A stretch of DNA of 64,000 nt from Myxococcales bacterium (GTDB lineage: Bacteria; Myxococcota_A; Polyangia; Polyangiales; Houyiibacteriaceae), in NCBI GenBank assembly GCA_024640845.1, contig JAHEEE010000006.1:27357-91356 (forward strand), given 5' to 3'. Within the stretch, counting starts at the first letter, position 1, and every line of letters begins with the position of its first letter. Shown piece by piece: positions 40,241-49,448 of this stretch. The translations under genes were made by a program, and so were the position numbers. Below the pieces are notes generated by a model that saw only the letters and a program-made list of their open reading frames with translations, did not search any database and was not told the origin of the DNA.

Positions 40241-40930
40241 ATGCCATGGCGCCGTATGCGACTTCGCGATGCCGAGGTTCTCGCGCGCTGCGACGAGAGC
40301 GGTGAGCTCGTTTCGAACGGAGGCCGCGTCGAGGTGCGTTACAAGCCGAACGACGGGCGGGCCTATTTTGCGGGCGCATCCAATCTTCGGCCGGCGAGCA
40401 ATGCGTCGATCGAGCCTGACTCCCATTGCGGACCGGGTGAGACCGTCAAAAAGGCAAACAAGCCCAAGAAGAAGAAACCGAGCGACCCGGCGCCCGAGAA
40501 ACCAGAAGCCGACGAGATCTTGGCGTATGCCGACGGCGCATGCAGCGGCAACCCAGGCCCCGCGGGTGTCGGCGTCGTGATGCGTTTTGATGATCAGCAG
40601 CGGGAGCTGAGCGAGTTCATCGGCGATGCGACCAACAATATCGCGGAGCTGACGGCGGTGCTCCGCGCCGTCGAGTTGGCCCACGAGATCGGGCGGCCCC
40701 TTCGGCTCTACACGGATTCGCAATACTCGATCGGCGTACTGACGCAGGGGTGGAAGGCCAAGGCCAACAAAGAGCTCGTTGCGCAGGTGCGCGAGGCGCT
40801 GTCACGGCATGGCGACACGAAACTCTTCCACGTTCGAGGCCACGAAGGCGTGAGGCTCAACGAGCACGCCGACGAGCTTGCGGTCCGTGCTGTGCAAGAA
40901 CGCAAGTCTACTGGGTGGGTGTCGAGCTGA
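40241..40930 (+). CDS. rnhA: Ribonuclease HI with extra N-terminal domain
   Basis: YADGACSGNPGPAG, TNNIAEL, YTDSQY, HVRGH and NEHADELA; all catalytic residues present. Confidence 0.92.
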   Translation: MPWRRMRLRDAEVLARCDESGELVSNGGRVEVRYKPNDGRAYFAGASNLRPASNASIEPDSHCGPGETVKKANKPKKKKPSDPAPEKPEADEILAYADGACSGNPGPAGVGVVMRFDDQQRELSEFIGDATNNIAELTAVLRAVELAHEIGRPLRLYTDSQYSIGVLTQGWKAKANKELVAQVREALSRHGDTKLFHVRGHEGVRLNEHADELAVRAVQERKSTGWVSS

Positions 40931-41843
40931 GCCGGCGCGCCGCTTCGGCCAAGGTCACGAGCTCGTAGCCCGCGTCGCGCATGACGCGGACCGCCATGCT
41001 GAGCGCGAGGAGCTTGTCGCTCGCCGGTCGCCTCAGGTCGCTGCGGTACGGCAAGAGCGCGTGTAGGGCGTCCTCCTCGAGATCGGCCGCGTCGAACCCG
41101 TGGAGCTCGAGGTTGATCAGCTCAAGGCCCAACATCTGTTTCGTCAGGTGAGCCGCCACATGCCGTCCGCCAAGCACCAAAGACGTGCCGATGTACGGCA
41201 GTTGGAGCCGGGTTACCCCAATCGGAAGCTCGAGCATGCCGTCGCCCCTTTTCCAGTAGGGCCGGCCGATGCGGTAGGGCTGCCTCGGGGCGCGCAGTAC
41301 CATCGGCGTGTCCATGAGGCTCGCGCTTTTCCGGCGTCGAAGCCGGATCGACGTCAACGCGACGGCCTTGGCAGCATAGTAGCCCAGGCACGGGAACACG
41401 CTCGAGTCGTAGAGCGCGCCAGCGTCCCTGAGAATTCGGAAGAGCGCGTCCGACACGGTGTAGCCGGGCGCGCGAAACCCCGTCGGCCGTCTGCCGCACG
41501 CCTCTGTAATCATCACGGCGCTCTGCTCGATCTCAGCGGCGATCTCGGAGTCGTTGCGCCGAACCAGGTCGTAGTGGTGGTGGTACGAGTGGTTGGCGAT
41601 CTCGTGTCCACTTTGGTGCAGCGCCGCGATCGCACCGCGGTTCTCCTCACGCTGCAGGTCTTCGCCGATCGCGAAGAACGTGGCGGGGATCGATTCCTCT
41701 TTCAGCCACTCCTCGAGCCGCGGCACACAACGGTCATAGACGACGTGCGCCGCGGGCCCGAGGTCTTCTCGGATGCCGTGAATCGCCGCGTAGCGCGCCA
41801 CATCGTCCAGATCGATCGATATCGCTGCCAGCTTCAACGTCAT
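40908..41843 (-). CDS. Polysaccharide deacetylase family protein
   Basis: SIDLD, ATFF, GHEIANHSYHH, GFRAPGY and YDSS. Confidence 0.88.
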   Translation of the reverse strand: MTLKLAAISIDLDDVARYAAIHGIREDLGPAAHVVYDRCVPRLEEWLKEESIPATFFAIGEDLQREENRGAIAALHQSGHEIANHSYHHHYDLVRRNDSEIAAEIEQSAVMITEACGRRPTGFRAPGYTVSDALFRILRDAGALYDSSVFPCLGYYAAKAVALTSIRLRRRKSASLMDTPMVLRAPRQPYRIGRPYWKRGDGMLELPIGVTRLQLPYIGTSLVLGGRHVAAHLTKQMLGLELINLELHGFDAADLEEDALHALLPYRSDLRRPASDKLLALSMAVRVMRDAGYELVTLAEAARRLSSTPTQ

Positions 41844-42586
41844 CCTTTGATCCGGATCGCGACGAAGAGCTTAGCCAAGTTCTTGAGGACGTTGGGCACG
41901 CGCCTTGCCAAGCCGACCGAAGGCGGGCGTTTCTCGAGGACGAGCACCGGTATCTCGCGCACCTCGAGTCCGGCTCGCTGCGCGCGAATCACGAGCTCCG
42001 ATGCGAACAGATCCCGATCAACGAGACACGCTCTCGCGATCGGGGCGATGGGTTTGCGTCGAAACGCCTTGAGTCCGTGCGTGTCCGTGCCCTGAAAACC
42101 CAGCGTCCATCGTAGCAAGTCGTTGATTACCCGGGTGCCTAGGCGTCGGTGCAAGGGGCGCTCGTCTCGCGCGCCCACCATCGTCTTGGATCCCACGACG
42201 AAGTCGACCGTCGGGTCCTCGAGTATGCCGAGCGCTCGGCTGTAGAAGTCCGTGTCGCAGAGGTCGATCTCGTCGCAGATTACGATGTCCCCTCGCGCAT
42301 GAAGGATCGCATCACGCAATGCCTTGCCGTAGTTTGCATCGTCGGTGTGCCGAGAGCTGACCTGTTCGAAACGCTCCGAGAGCTCGCGCCCGAGCGCTGC
42401 GGTCCGGTCCGTCGAACCGTTTTCAGCGAGAATGAGCTCGTACGACCTCCCGAGCGGTTCGAGCCGGTCGATGAGGTCGACCAACGATGCGCGAAGAATC
42501 GCTTCCTCGTTGTAGACGGGGATCACGATCGAGATCGATGGCGCGGGGCTCTGCTCTTGCAAGGCGCGGCACTCTCTTATGGTCAC
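41840..42586 (-). CDS. Glycosyltransferase family 2 (polyprenol-phosphate glycosyltransferase-like)
   Basis: SIVIPVYNEE, ENGSTD.T, NYGKA, DEID and DTHGLKAF. Confidence 0.9.
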   Translation of the reverse strand: MTIRECRALQEQSPAPSISIVIPVYNEEAILRASLVDLIDRLEPLGRSYELILAENGSTDRTAALGRELSERFEQVSSRHTDDANYGKALRDAILHARGDIVICDEIDLCDTDFYSRALGILEDPTVDFVVGSKTMVGARDERPLHRRLGTRVINDLLRWTLGFQGTDTHGLKAFRRKPIAPIARACLVDRDLFASELVIRAQRAGLEVREIPVLVLEKRPPSVGLARRVPNVLKNLAKLFVAIRIKG

Positions 42587-42595
42587 ATCGTGACG

Positions 42596-43666
42596 TCAAG
42601 CCAATGTACAGAGCATGGCGTGCGCTGACCGAAGCTCGATGCGCAGTGGACCCAGGTTGGCGGGGAGGGCGGCGGTCTGCCCTTTGCGCAGGGCGAGAGC
42701 AGCATTGCCTTCACCGAGACTCAACTCTCCATCGAGGGCCGTGATCGAACGTAGGCGGTTTTCGGGAGGAAGCTCGACATGCCCGGAGCCGGCCAGGCGT
42801 CGTAGAAAGAAGGTGTCCGACTGCAGTGGTCCCGTCGGGCTCGTCAACGTTTCGAGCGTTGCGGAGTCGTGAATGGGAGCGGGGCCGGAGGGATAGCTGA
42901 TGCGATCGACGAGCGCTTCGCCGCGAGGCCCCTCCCAATTGGTCACTTCGAGCGCGCGCGCCGAATGAAGGGTACGAGGCTCTCCGTCCGAATCGGGTCG
43001 GCCGTCGACGTCGTACCTTCGGTTCCAATCCCAGTAGCGGTAAGTGATGCCGCGCTTGCCGGGCACCACGCGCTGCGGTTCTAGCAGCAAGACGCCCTTG
43101 CCGATTGCATGGGGCGTTCCTGGATCGATGACGAACAAATCCCCGGGGGACACCGGCACGAACGACATCAGCTCGTCGAGGGGTGCTTCGTCCGCGAGCG
43201 CGCGCCCTACCTCTTCGCGCGAGACACGGTCTCGAAAGCCGACGTACAACCCCGCACCAGGGTCCGCATCGATGATGTACCAGGCTTCAGGCTTTCCGCT
43301 CTCATTTGGGCCTAGCTTCGGATCGTCGTCGCGCGGATGGATTTGAAGCGACAGATCGTCGGCGGCGTCGACCAGCTTGACGAGGAGCGCGGTCGATCCA
43401 TTCGCGGCCTCGCAGCCGAGCAAAGCCGGCTCGGCACGGAGCACTTCATCGAGAATCGGGCCCTCGACCAATCGGCTCGGAAAGTCGGGCTCCACGGACA
43501 GCTCCCAAGATTCTCCGACCGGGCCCTGCGCCTTGACGCCGCAGCCGGCCTTGAGCCGCTCGACGATTCGACGCCCACCCCACGGCGTGCGCTGGGCCGG
43601 CGTCAGGTTGTCGCTCTGGAGCAGCAAAGGGCGGCGCCAGTTTTTTGTGCCTACTTTATCCCACAT
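42596..43666 (-). CDS. Class I mannose-6-phosphate isomerase family protein
   Basis: WGG, GESWE.S, LLVKLVDA.DDLS.QIHP, GKPEAW and GTPHAIG. Confidence 0.88.
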   Translation of the reverse strand: MWDKVGTKNWRRPLLLQSDNLTPAQRTPWGGRRIVERLKAGCGVKAQGPVGESWELSVEPDFPSRLVEGPILDEVLRAEPALLGCEAANGSTALLVKLVDAADDLSLQIHPRDDDPKLGPNESGKPEAWYIIDADPGAGLYVGFRDRVSREEVGRALADEAPLDELMSFVPVSPGDLFVIDPGTPHAIGKGVLLLEPQRVVPGKRGITYRYWDWNRRYDVDGRPDSDGEPRTLHSARALEVTNWEGPRGEALVDRISYPSGPAPIHDSATLETLTSPTGPLQSDTFFLRRLAGSGHVELPPENRLRSITALDGELSLGEGNAALALRKGQTAALPANLGPLRIELRSAHAMLCTLA

Positions 43667-43673
43667 GTAAGGT
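43645..43673 (+). promoter_or_regulatory. Putative sigma70-type promoter for the 43711 gene
   Basis: TTGTGC-17 nt-TAAGGT in an AT-rich patch. Confidence 0.4.
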
Positions 43674-43710
43674 GAACTTGACCCCTATCCTAGCGCCCGA
43701 GGAGGTTGAG

Positions 43711-44028
43711 ATGGGTTATTTGGGTAAAGAACGCCGAATTCATCGTGTTTTTGTGACGCGTAACAGCGAATACCACGTCCGCCGCAACGTGTGTGTAGGC
43801 GTTCGCGATCGTCGCAGTGGAGACTGGTTGGCAGGTCACATGGCGCTTCGGAGCACCGTCTCGGGCGGGCTCAAGTTCCACGATAACGGAGCCATCAGCG
43901 CTTCGGAGGGGCTTCCGACCGTCGGAGAATCGCTCTTCTTCATCGCCGCCGGCCGGGATCTGATCACGAGCCCCGTGCTCAACGTCGAACGGCCCCCGCG
44001 CGAGGTCGTACACACCTACCCCATCTAA
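43711..44028 (+). CDS. Small beta-rich hypothetical protein
   Basis: GGAGG RBS before ATG 43711; 105 aa with protein-like composition. Confidence 0.8.
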   Translation: MGYLGKERRIHRVFVTRNSEYHVRRNVCVGVRDRRSGDWLAGHMALRSTVSGGLKFHDNGAISASEGLPTVGESLFFIAAGRDLITSPVLNVERPPREVVHTYPI

Positions 44029-44060
44029 ACACCTGTCTCGGGGATGCTATATCCCCCATC

Positions 44061-44462
44061 GTGTCGTCGGAGATGAAGACCATTCGCGTGGTTGCAGCCC
44101 TCGTGGAGCGCGACGGGCGCTATCTGATCACCCAGCGCCGCGAGAACGCGGTGCTTCCGATGCTTTGGGATTTTCCGGGCGGTCGCGTCGAAGAAGGCGA
44201 GAGCGACGAAGGAGCGTTAGCACGGGAAGTGGCGGAACGGCTCGGCGCTAAAGTCCAGGTGGGCCAGCTCATTTCCTTCGTGAACCACCCGTACGAGAAG
44301 TACGCCGTCGATCTATATCTCTACGAATGCAAGTTGCTCACCGAGCGCCTCCATTGCCGCGCGGTAAAAGACTATGCCTGGGTAACCTCGAAAGAGATGG
44401 AGTCGTACTCCTTCACGCCCGTCGACGAGGCCTCGATGAGCAAGCTGTTGGGCGTGAGCTGA
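44061..44462 (+). CDS. NUDIX hydrolase (MutT/NudG-like)
   Basis: VVAA....GRYLITQR and WDFPGGRVEEGESDEGALAREVAERLG. Confidence 0.9.
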   Translation: MSSEMKTIRVVAALVERDGRYLITQRRENAVLPMLWDFPGGRVEEGESDEGALAREVAERLGAKVQVGQLISFVNHPYEKYAVDLYLYECKLLTERLHCRAVKDYAWVTSKEMESYSFTPVDEASMSKLLGVS

Positions 44463-44476
44463 AAGGCGCGGTCGGG

Positions 44477-45433
44477 CTAGACGTCGTAGAAGATAGGCGG
44501 TCGCTTGCCGACGAAGCGGAGCACGAGATCGCGCGCGTCGTCGGACAAATCCTCGAACTGAATTCCGATGCCTGGCTCCGACTCTGACGCGAAGTCGAGC
44601 GGGTCGCGAACGAAGCGCACGTAGCCGTCACATTCGAATTCCAAGCCGCCAGGCAACGTCACGAGCATCGTGACCGAGGTGTCCTTTGGAAGTGTCTCGT
44701 AGGTAGCCAGGAATACGCCGCCGTGCGCGATCTCGCCGCTGAAGCCGACATAGAAGTTGGATTGGGTCGTCGCGCCGAGGTTTGCCTCGATGCGGCGACG
44801 ATCGCCCATTGGAATCGGAGCCGGCGGCGGCAGCATCGACGTCGGAATTGGCGCAGGCACCCGGGAAACCGGCCTCGCCGACGAGGGCCGACTCGACAGC
44901 GGACGATTCGAAACGGGACGGTTCGAGGCGGGACGAATCGATGGCGGCCGGCTCGATGGCGGACGTATGGGAGGAGGCTTACTTGGCGGCGCGACGCTTG
45001 GGGGGTTGCTCACGGGGCGTGAGCTCGGCGGTGCGCTGCTCGTAGGCGGCGCGCTTGTAGGGGTGCTTCTCGGGGGGGCGGCGCTCGAAGATGATTCCGG
45101 TCGAACGCTTGGCTTGTTGGTAAGCGGAAAGAGAATGCTGATCACGTCGGCAATGCTCTCCGTTGCCGTCTGGATGCCCGCGTGCTCGCTCTTTACGTCT
45201 TGAAGTAGCGCGAGCGTTTGGCTCAACGTCCCGAGCGCGCTCTTGACACACGTCTTGCCGTCGACCTCGGTCGAGGCGTATTCCGCTTCGAAGAGCGCCC
45301 CAACGGATCGCGCAATGTTCTGTGCGATGCCGAGCACCTCTTTTGGAATGTCCGCGTCTTTCTGGAGCGCTTCGAGCGCTTTTCCGAGCGCTTCCCGAGC
45401 TTGCCGCGCTTCGCCCGCCGATGAGTAACCCAT
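44477..45433 (-). CDS. Protein with helical N-terminus, Pro/Ser linker and C-terminal myxobacterial PilZ-type (TIGR02266-like) domain
   Basis: SNFYVGFS.EI..GGVFLATY, G.VRFVR, PGIGIQF and FV.KRPPIFYD. Confidence 0.85.
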   Translation of the reverse strand: MGYSSAGEARQAREALGKALEALQKDADIPKEVLGIAQNIARSVGALFEAEYASTEVDGKTCVKSALGTLSQTLALLQDVKSEHAGIQTATESIADVISILFPLTNKPSVRPESSSSAAPPRSTPTSAPPTSSAPPSSRPVSNPPSVAPPSKPPPIRPPSSRPPSIRPASNRPVSNRPLSSRPSSARPVSRVPAPIPTSMLPPPAPIPMGDRRRIEANLGATTQSNFYVGFSGEIAHGGVFLATYETLPKDTSVTMLVTLPGGLEFECDGYVRFVRDPLDFASESEPGIGIQFEDLSDDARDLVLRFVGKRPPIFYDV

Positions 45434-45487
45434 GCTTGGCATTCCCCCGCTTACTTGAACCTCAGGATACCGGGAGTGGCCAGGAGG

Positions 45488-45925
45488 TCAAAGCGCCTTG
45501 ACGAAGACCGCGCGCGCGCGCCCCGGCCCCGCATAATCCGCGACTTCGTTGCACGTGAACCCCATCGATTCGTGGAACCGAACAGGACCTTCGTGTCCAG
45601 AAGAGGCCAAGGATTTCAGCCGTTTCATTCCGGCTCCCCGGCATCGTTCGGCGAACTGTTCGTACAAGCGTTTGCCGACGCCTCGCCGGCGGTGATCGGG
45701 GTGAATCCCGACGAGATGCACGTATCCTGTCGCGGACGGCGCTGGAACCATCACCCCCAAGAGGAAACCGATCAACTGCCCGTCCTGTTCCGCGACCAGG
45801 GCGTGCTCGCCAAACTCGTAGAAGAACATCGGATCAGCACGCCTTCCGGCTGGCCCTCCCCACCACTGGTCGAGCACCGAAATGATATAGTCGTAGTCAA
45901 GCTTCGTAAGACCCCGGATTCGCAT
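45488..45925 (-). CDS. GNAT-family N-acetyltransferase
   Basis: YVHLVGIHPDHRRRGVGKRL and FHESMGF; GAGG RBS. Confidence 0.92.
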   Translation of the reverse strand: MRIRGLTKLDYDYIISVLDQWWGGPAGRRADPMFFYEFGEHALVAEQDGQLIGFLLGVMVPAPSATGYVHLVGIHPDHRRRGVGKRLYEQFAERCRGAGMKRLKSLASSGHEGPVRFHESMGFTCNEVADYAGPGRARAVFVKAL

Positions 45926-45982
45926 GACCTCGGACAGCGGATATCACGAACGCAAGACGAACGCACGGCGACCCCAATCAGC

Positions 45983-46564
45983 ATGTCCCAGTCCGCAGAC
46001 ACTCCCCAAGAGGCGAAGATGTTGTTCTGCCCCTTCTGTCGCGATGGTTTCGAAGGCGTCGGGGAGTGTCCGGAGCACGAGCTGACCTTGGTTCCCATCG
46101 ATCGCCTGCCGCGGTTCGGGGAGGGGGCGCCGGACGAGGTCGCATTTTTCGGCGACCCCCGCTTGGGAAGGGGTGGGGTACTCGGCGGCGCCTTGCTCGT
46201 GATCGTCGGCTTCCTTGCTCCATTCGCCCGCGCGCCGGGAGTCGAAGCCTCGGCTCTAGAGATCGCGGTGGATGGAGCCAGCAACCTGTGGCTCACGCCG
46301 GGCGCCGCGCTTGGCGTTCTCTCTGTGCTGTGGGTCCGCCGCGGGAGGCAGGGGATGCGGGCCGCCCGGATGGCGGTGCTCGGGTTGGCGCTCGCGGGCG
46401 CGTTCCCCTTGATTTATACGAGTCGACGAATCGGTCTCGTCGCCGAAGCGTATTCCGCCGAAGTGGAATGGCTCTGGGGGTTCGGGGCGATGATCGCAGG
46501 CCTTGCGCTCATCGCGTTTGCAAGTGCTCGTCTCGGCGGGCCGGGAGGCCTGAGCGGCGACTAG
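45983..46564 (+). CDS. Membrane protein with N-terminal CPFC..CPEH putative Zn finger
   Basis: Cys/His motif followed by about four TM helices; alternative start at ATG 46019. Confidence 0.7.
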   Translation: MSQSADTPQEAKMLFCPFCRDGFEGVGECPEHELTLVPIDRLPRFGEGAPDEVAFFGDPRLGRGGVLGGALLVIVGFLAPFARAPGVEASALEIAVDGASNLWLTPGAALGVLSVLWVRRGRQGMRAARMAVLGLALAGAFPLIYTSRRIGLVAEAYSAEVEWLWGFGAMIAGLALIAFASARLGGPGGLSGD

Positions 46565-47535
46565 GCCGCTCCGGGCAACGTTGGACGAAAGATGTAGCCC
46601 TGTTGTTGGACCACACAAACGCGGTTTGCTCCGGCGACCCGGGCTCTCGCGACTGCGATGCTGGCGGCGTCGAGCAACTCACTGTGTGAGCGAATCCGGC
46701 CGCTTGGGAAGAGGCCCACGCCAATGGCAATCGTCAGCTCGATGCACGCGTTGCCGACTTTGAACGGCCGCAGCGCCACCTCGGACATGAGCCGATCGGC
46801 AAGCGTCAGCGCCCGCGCAGGACGCGTGTTGGGCAGTAAAAGCCCGAACTCCGCCGTGCGAAACTGTGCTGCGATGTCCGTTGCCCGAATCGTTCGCTGC
46901 AGGCGTTCGAACGTTTCGTCGAGGATCTGGGCGGCAACGTCGGCGCCGCTGTCAGATACGAGCTTGCGGAAATCATCGACCGCTACGATGCAGCATGCAA
47001 GCGGGTCGAGATGGCGCTGTGCCTCGTCGAACTCCTCTTCCAAACAATGGTGGAAGAAGTGGTGGTCCGGCAGGGCCCGCAGCTGGTCGTGGAGCGAGGT
47101 GTAGCGGATCTCGTTCTTGGCGAACTGCACGTCGTCGTGGGCGCGTTTGACGCGGAGCATGTTCTCGACACGCGCGACGAGATCGTCGTCGCTGAACGGT
47201 TTTGGGAGGTGTTCGTCCGCCGAGGAGCGCGTGCCCAAGATTCTGCCACCCGCTTGGCCGGACGAAGTCAGCAACATGACGGGGACGAAGCGATCCCTCG
47301 TGATCGTCTTGATCACTTTGCAGGCGTCGACACCGTTGAGCCCCGGCATGTTGACATCGAGCACCACCAAATCGACGGACTGCGCGCGGACCGCGTCGAT
47401 GGCCTTCTGACCATTGTGGGTCGGTACGACCGTAGCCCCAAGCGTGCGAAGCAATCGGGAAATGCGCTCGCACGTCGCACGATCATCGTCGGCGACGACC
47501 ACCACCGCTTTCGGAAATGGACGGGTAGTCCCCAC
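46561..47535 (-). CDS. Response regulator with degenerate GGDEF domain
   Basis: REC domain with ADDD, LDVNMP, LTS and KPF. The GGDEF position reads RTAEF, with RATD five residues upstream. Confidence 0.88.
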   Translation of the reverse strand: MGTTRPFPKAVVVVADDDRATCERISRLLRTLGATVVPTHNGQKAIDAVRAQSVDLVVLDVNMPGLNGVDACKVIKTITRDRFVPVMLLTSSGQAGGRILGTRSSADEHLPKPFSDDDLVARVENMLRVKRAHDDVQFAKNEIRYTSLHDQLRALPDHHFFHHCLEEEFDEAQRHLDPLACCIVAVDDFRKLVSDSGADVAAQILDETFERLQRTIRATDIAAQFRTAEFGLLLPNTRPARALTLADRLMSEVALRPFKVGNACIELTIAIGVGLFPSGRIRSHSELLDAASIAVARARVAGANRVCVVQQQGYIFRPTLPGAA

Positions 47536-47650
47536 TGGGACAGAGTAGCCGAGTAGGGTCCGATTCGCGAGCCTCGTGCAGTCGAGTTTCCCTGAGCGCT
47601 GGACATGTCTATACTGCGGGCGTCGCACTTCTCCGGAGTGTGGGGCCTGG

Positions 47651-49069
47651 ATGGAGCTCAAGCAGCAACTCAAGTTATCGCAACAGCTGATCATGACGCC
47701 GCAATTGCAGCAGGCGATCAAGCTGTTGCAGATGTCGCGGATGGAGCTCACTGAGCTCGTTCAGGAGGAGCTGCTCGAGAACCCCGTTCTCGAAGAGGGA
47801 CCCGACCCTCGTGATTCGAGCGTCAACATCATCGAGGAGAGCGCCCCCGAAGTTCGCGCGCACGAGGCGAAGAAAGAGGAGATCGACTGGGAGCGCTACC
47901 TCGAGAATCAGTCGAACGAAGCGCCCATGCCCGCAGTGCGCCGAGGCCCGGACGAAGAGATGCCCGGGCTCGAGGCGACGCTCTCCACCTCGGAGAACCT
48001 GAGCGAGCACCTCGGTTGGCAGTTGCGGATGGGCGACTTCGTCGATGACGAGTGTCGGTTCGGCGCGTTGGTAATTGGCAACCTCGACGACAATGGGTAC
48101 TTGAAGATCGACGGTGTGGCTCCAGAGGAGATCGTTCCCCGGCTCTCAGCCGAATCCGGCCTCGATCCCGAGGACGCGGAGGAGGTTCTGTCGATGATTC
48201 AACAGTTCGACCCTCTCGGCGTAGCCGCTCGCTCGCTCGAAGAGTGTCTGTTGATTCAAGCCCGGCACTACGGCATGGACGACTTGGTTCTTCGGGTGAT
48301 CTCGGACCACCTCTCGGATCTCGAGAAGCGACACTATCCGGCGGTTGCCAAGACGCTCGGCTGCTCGCTCGACGAGGTGTACGATGTCGCCCAGATCATC
48401 GCCGAGCTCGAGCCGCGACCCGCGCGACGCTTTCAAACCGAGGAGCCGCGGTACATCACACCCGATGTTTACGTTCACAGGGTTGGTGATGAGTACTTCG
48501 TCGTGGCCAACGATGACGGCATGCCAAAGCTCAAGATCAGCGGCTTTTACCGCTCCGCGATGGCCGACAACCCGAAGGCCAAAGAGTACATTCAGGACAA
48601 GCTCCGCAGTGCCCAATGGCTCATCCGCAGCATCGACCAGCGGCGCAAGACGATCGTCAAGGTCACCGAGTGCATCGTCGACAAGCAGCGGGACTTCTTC
48701 GACAAGGGCATAGAGCACCTCAAGCCCATGATCCTACGCGATGTTGCCGAAACCGTCGGCATGCACGAGAGCACGATTTCCCGGGTCACCAGCAACAAGT
48801 ATGTCCACACGCCCAGGGGCACTTTTGAGTTGAAGTACTTCTTCAACAGCGCCATAAAGCGGGACCACCAGAACGACATCGCGTCTGAGAGCGTGAAGCA
48901 GGCAATCAAAACGATAATTTCCGGCGAGGATCCGAAGGCCCCGCTTTCTGATCAGAGAATCGTGGAAATTCTGGGGCAGGACGACATCAAGATTGCCCGT
49001 CGAACGGTCGCAAAGTATCGTGAGATGCTCGGCATTCTCAGCTCGTCGAAACGGAAGAAGTACTTTTAG
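47651..49069 (+). CDS. rpoN: RNA polymerase sigma-54 factor
   Basis: QQLIMTPQLQQAIKLLQ, HESTISR and the RpoN box ARRTVAKYRE. Confidence 0.97.
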   Translation: MELKQQLKLSQQLIMTPQLQQAIKLLQMSRMELTELVQEELLENPVLEEGPDPRDSSVNIIEESAPEVRAHEAKKEEIDWERYLENQSNEAPMPAVRRGPDEEMPGLEATLSTSENLSEHLGWQLRMGDFVDDECRFGALVIGNLDDNGYLKIDGVAPEEIVPRLSAESGLDPEDAEEVLSMIQQFDPLGVAARSLEECLLIQARHYGMDDLVLRVISDHLSDLEKRHYPAVAKTLGCSLDEVYDVAQIIAELEPRPARRFQTEEPRYITPDVYVHRVGDEYFVVANDDGMPKLKISGFYRSAMADNPKAKEYIQDKLRSAQWLIRSIDQRRKTIVKVTECIVDKQRDFFDKGIEHLKPMILRDVAETVGMHESTISRVTSNKYVHTPRGTFELKYFFNSAIKRDHQNDIASESVKQAIKTIISGEDPKAPLSDQRIVEILGQDDIKIARRTVAKYREMLGILSSSKRKKYF

Positions 49070-49083
49070 AGGCAGGAGGTTCG

Positions 49084-49410
49084 ATGCGTATCAGCTACAC
49101 ATTCCGCAACATGGAGTCGTCTGACGCCATCAAGAATTACGCATCGGAGAAGATCGGCAAGATCCAGAAATACATGAGGGCGCCCCTGCACGCGGAGTTC
49201 ACGTTTTCCATGGAACGTCACCTCCATCGAGTCGATCTGAACCTCACTGGCGACGGCCATCAGTACGCCGGCCATGGCCAGTCCGAGGACATGTACGCGA
49301 CCATCGATCAGGTGGTCGACAAAATCGACCGCCAGGTTCGCGACACGAAAGCAACGGAGAACGACCGCCGGCGGCACGGCGGCGAGTCTCTTCGTCGCCC
49401 CGAAGACTGA
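49084..49410 (+). CDS. hpf: Ribosome hibernation promoting factor (short form)
   Basis: RNMESSDAIKNY and DMYATID.V.DKIDRQV; directly after rpoN; AGGAGG RBS. Confidence 0.92.
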   Translation: MRISYTFRNMESSDAIKNYASEKIGKIQKYMRAPLHAEFTFSMERHLHRVDLNLTGDGHQYAGHGQSEDMYATIDQVVDKIDRQVRDTKATENDRRRHGGESLRRPED

Positions 49411-49448
49411 TTGCGCATGCTTGGCGTGTAGGGTATCGCCTGCCCGAC

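Noticed and set aside
47536-47751. Head-to-head overlap of the extended rpoN (47576) and GGDEF (47751) ORFs
   Set aside because: Domain boundaries support starts at 47651 and 47535, leaving a normal divergent intergenic region.
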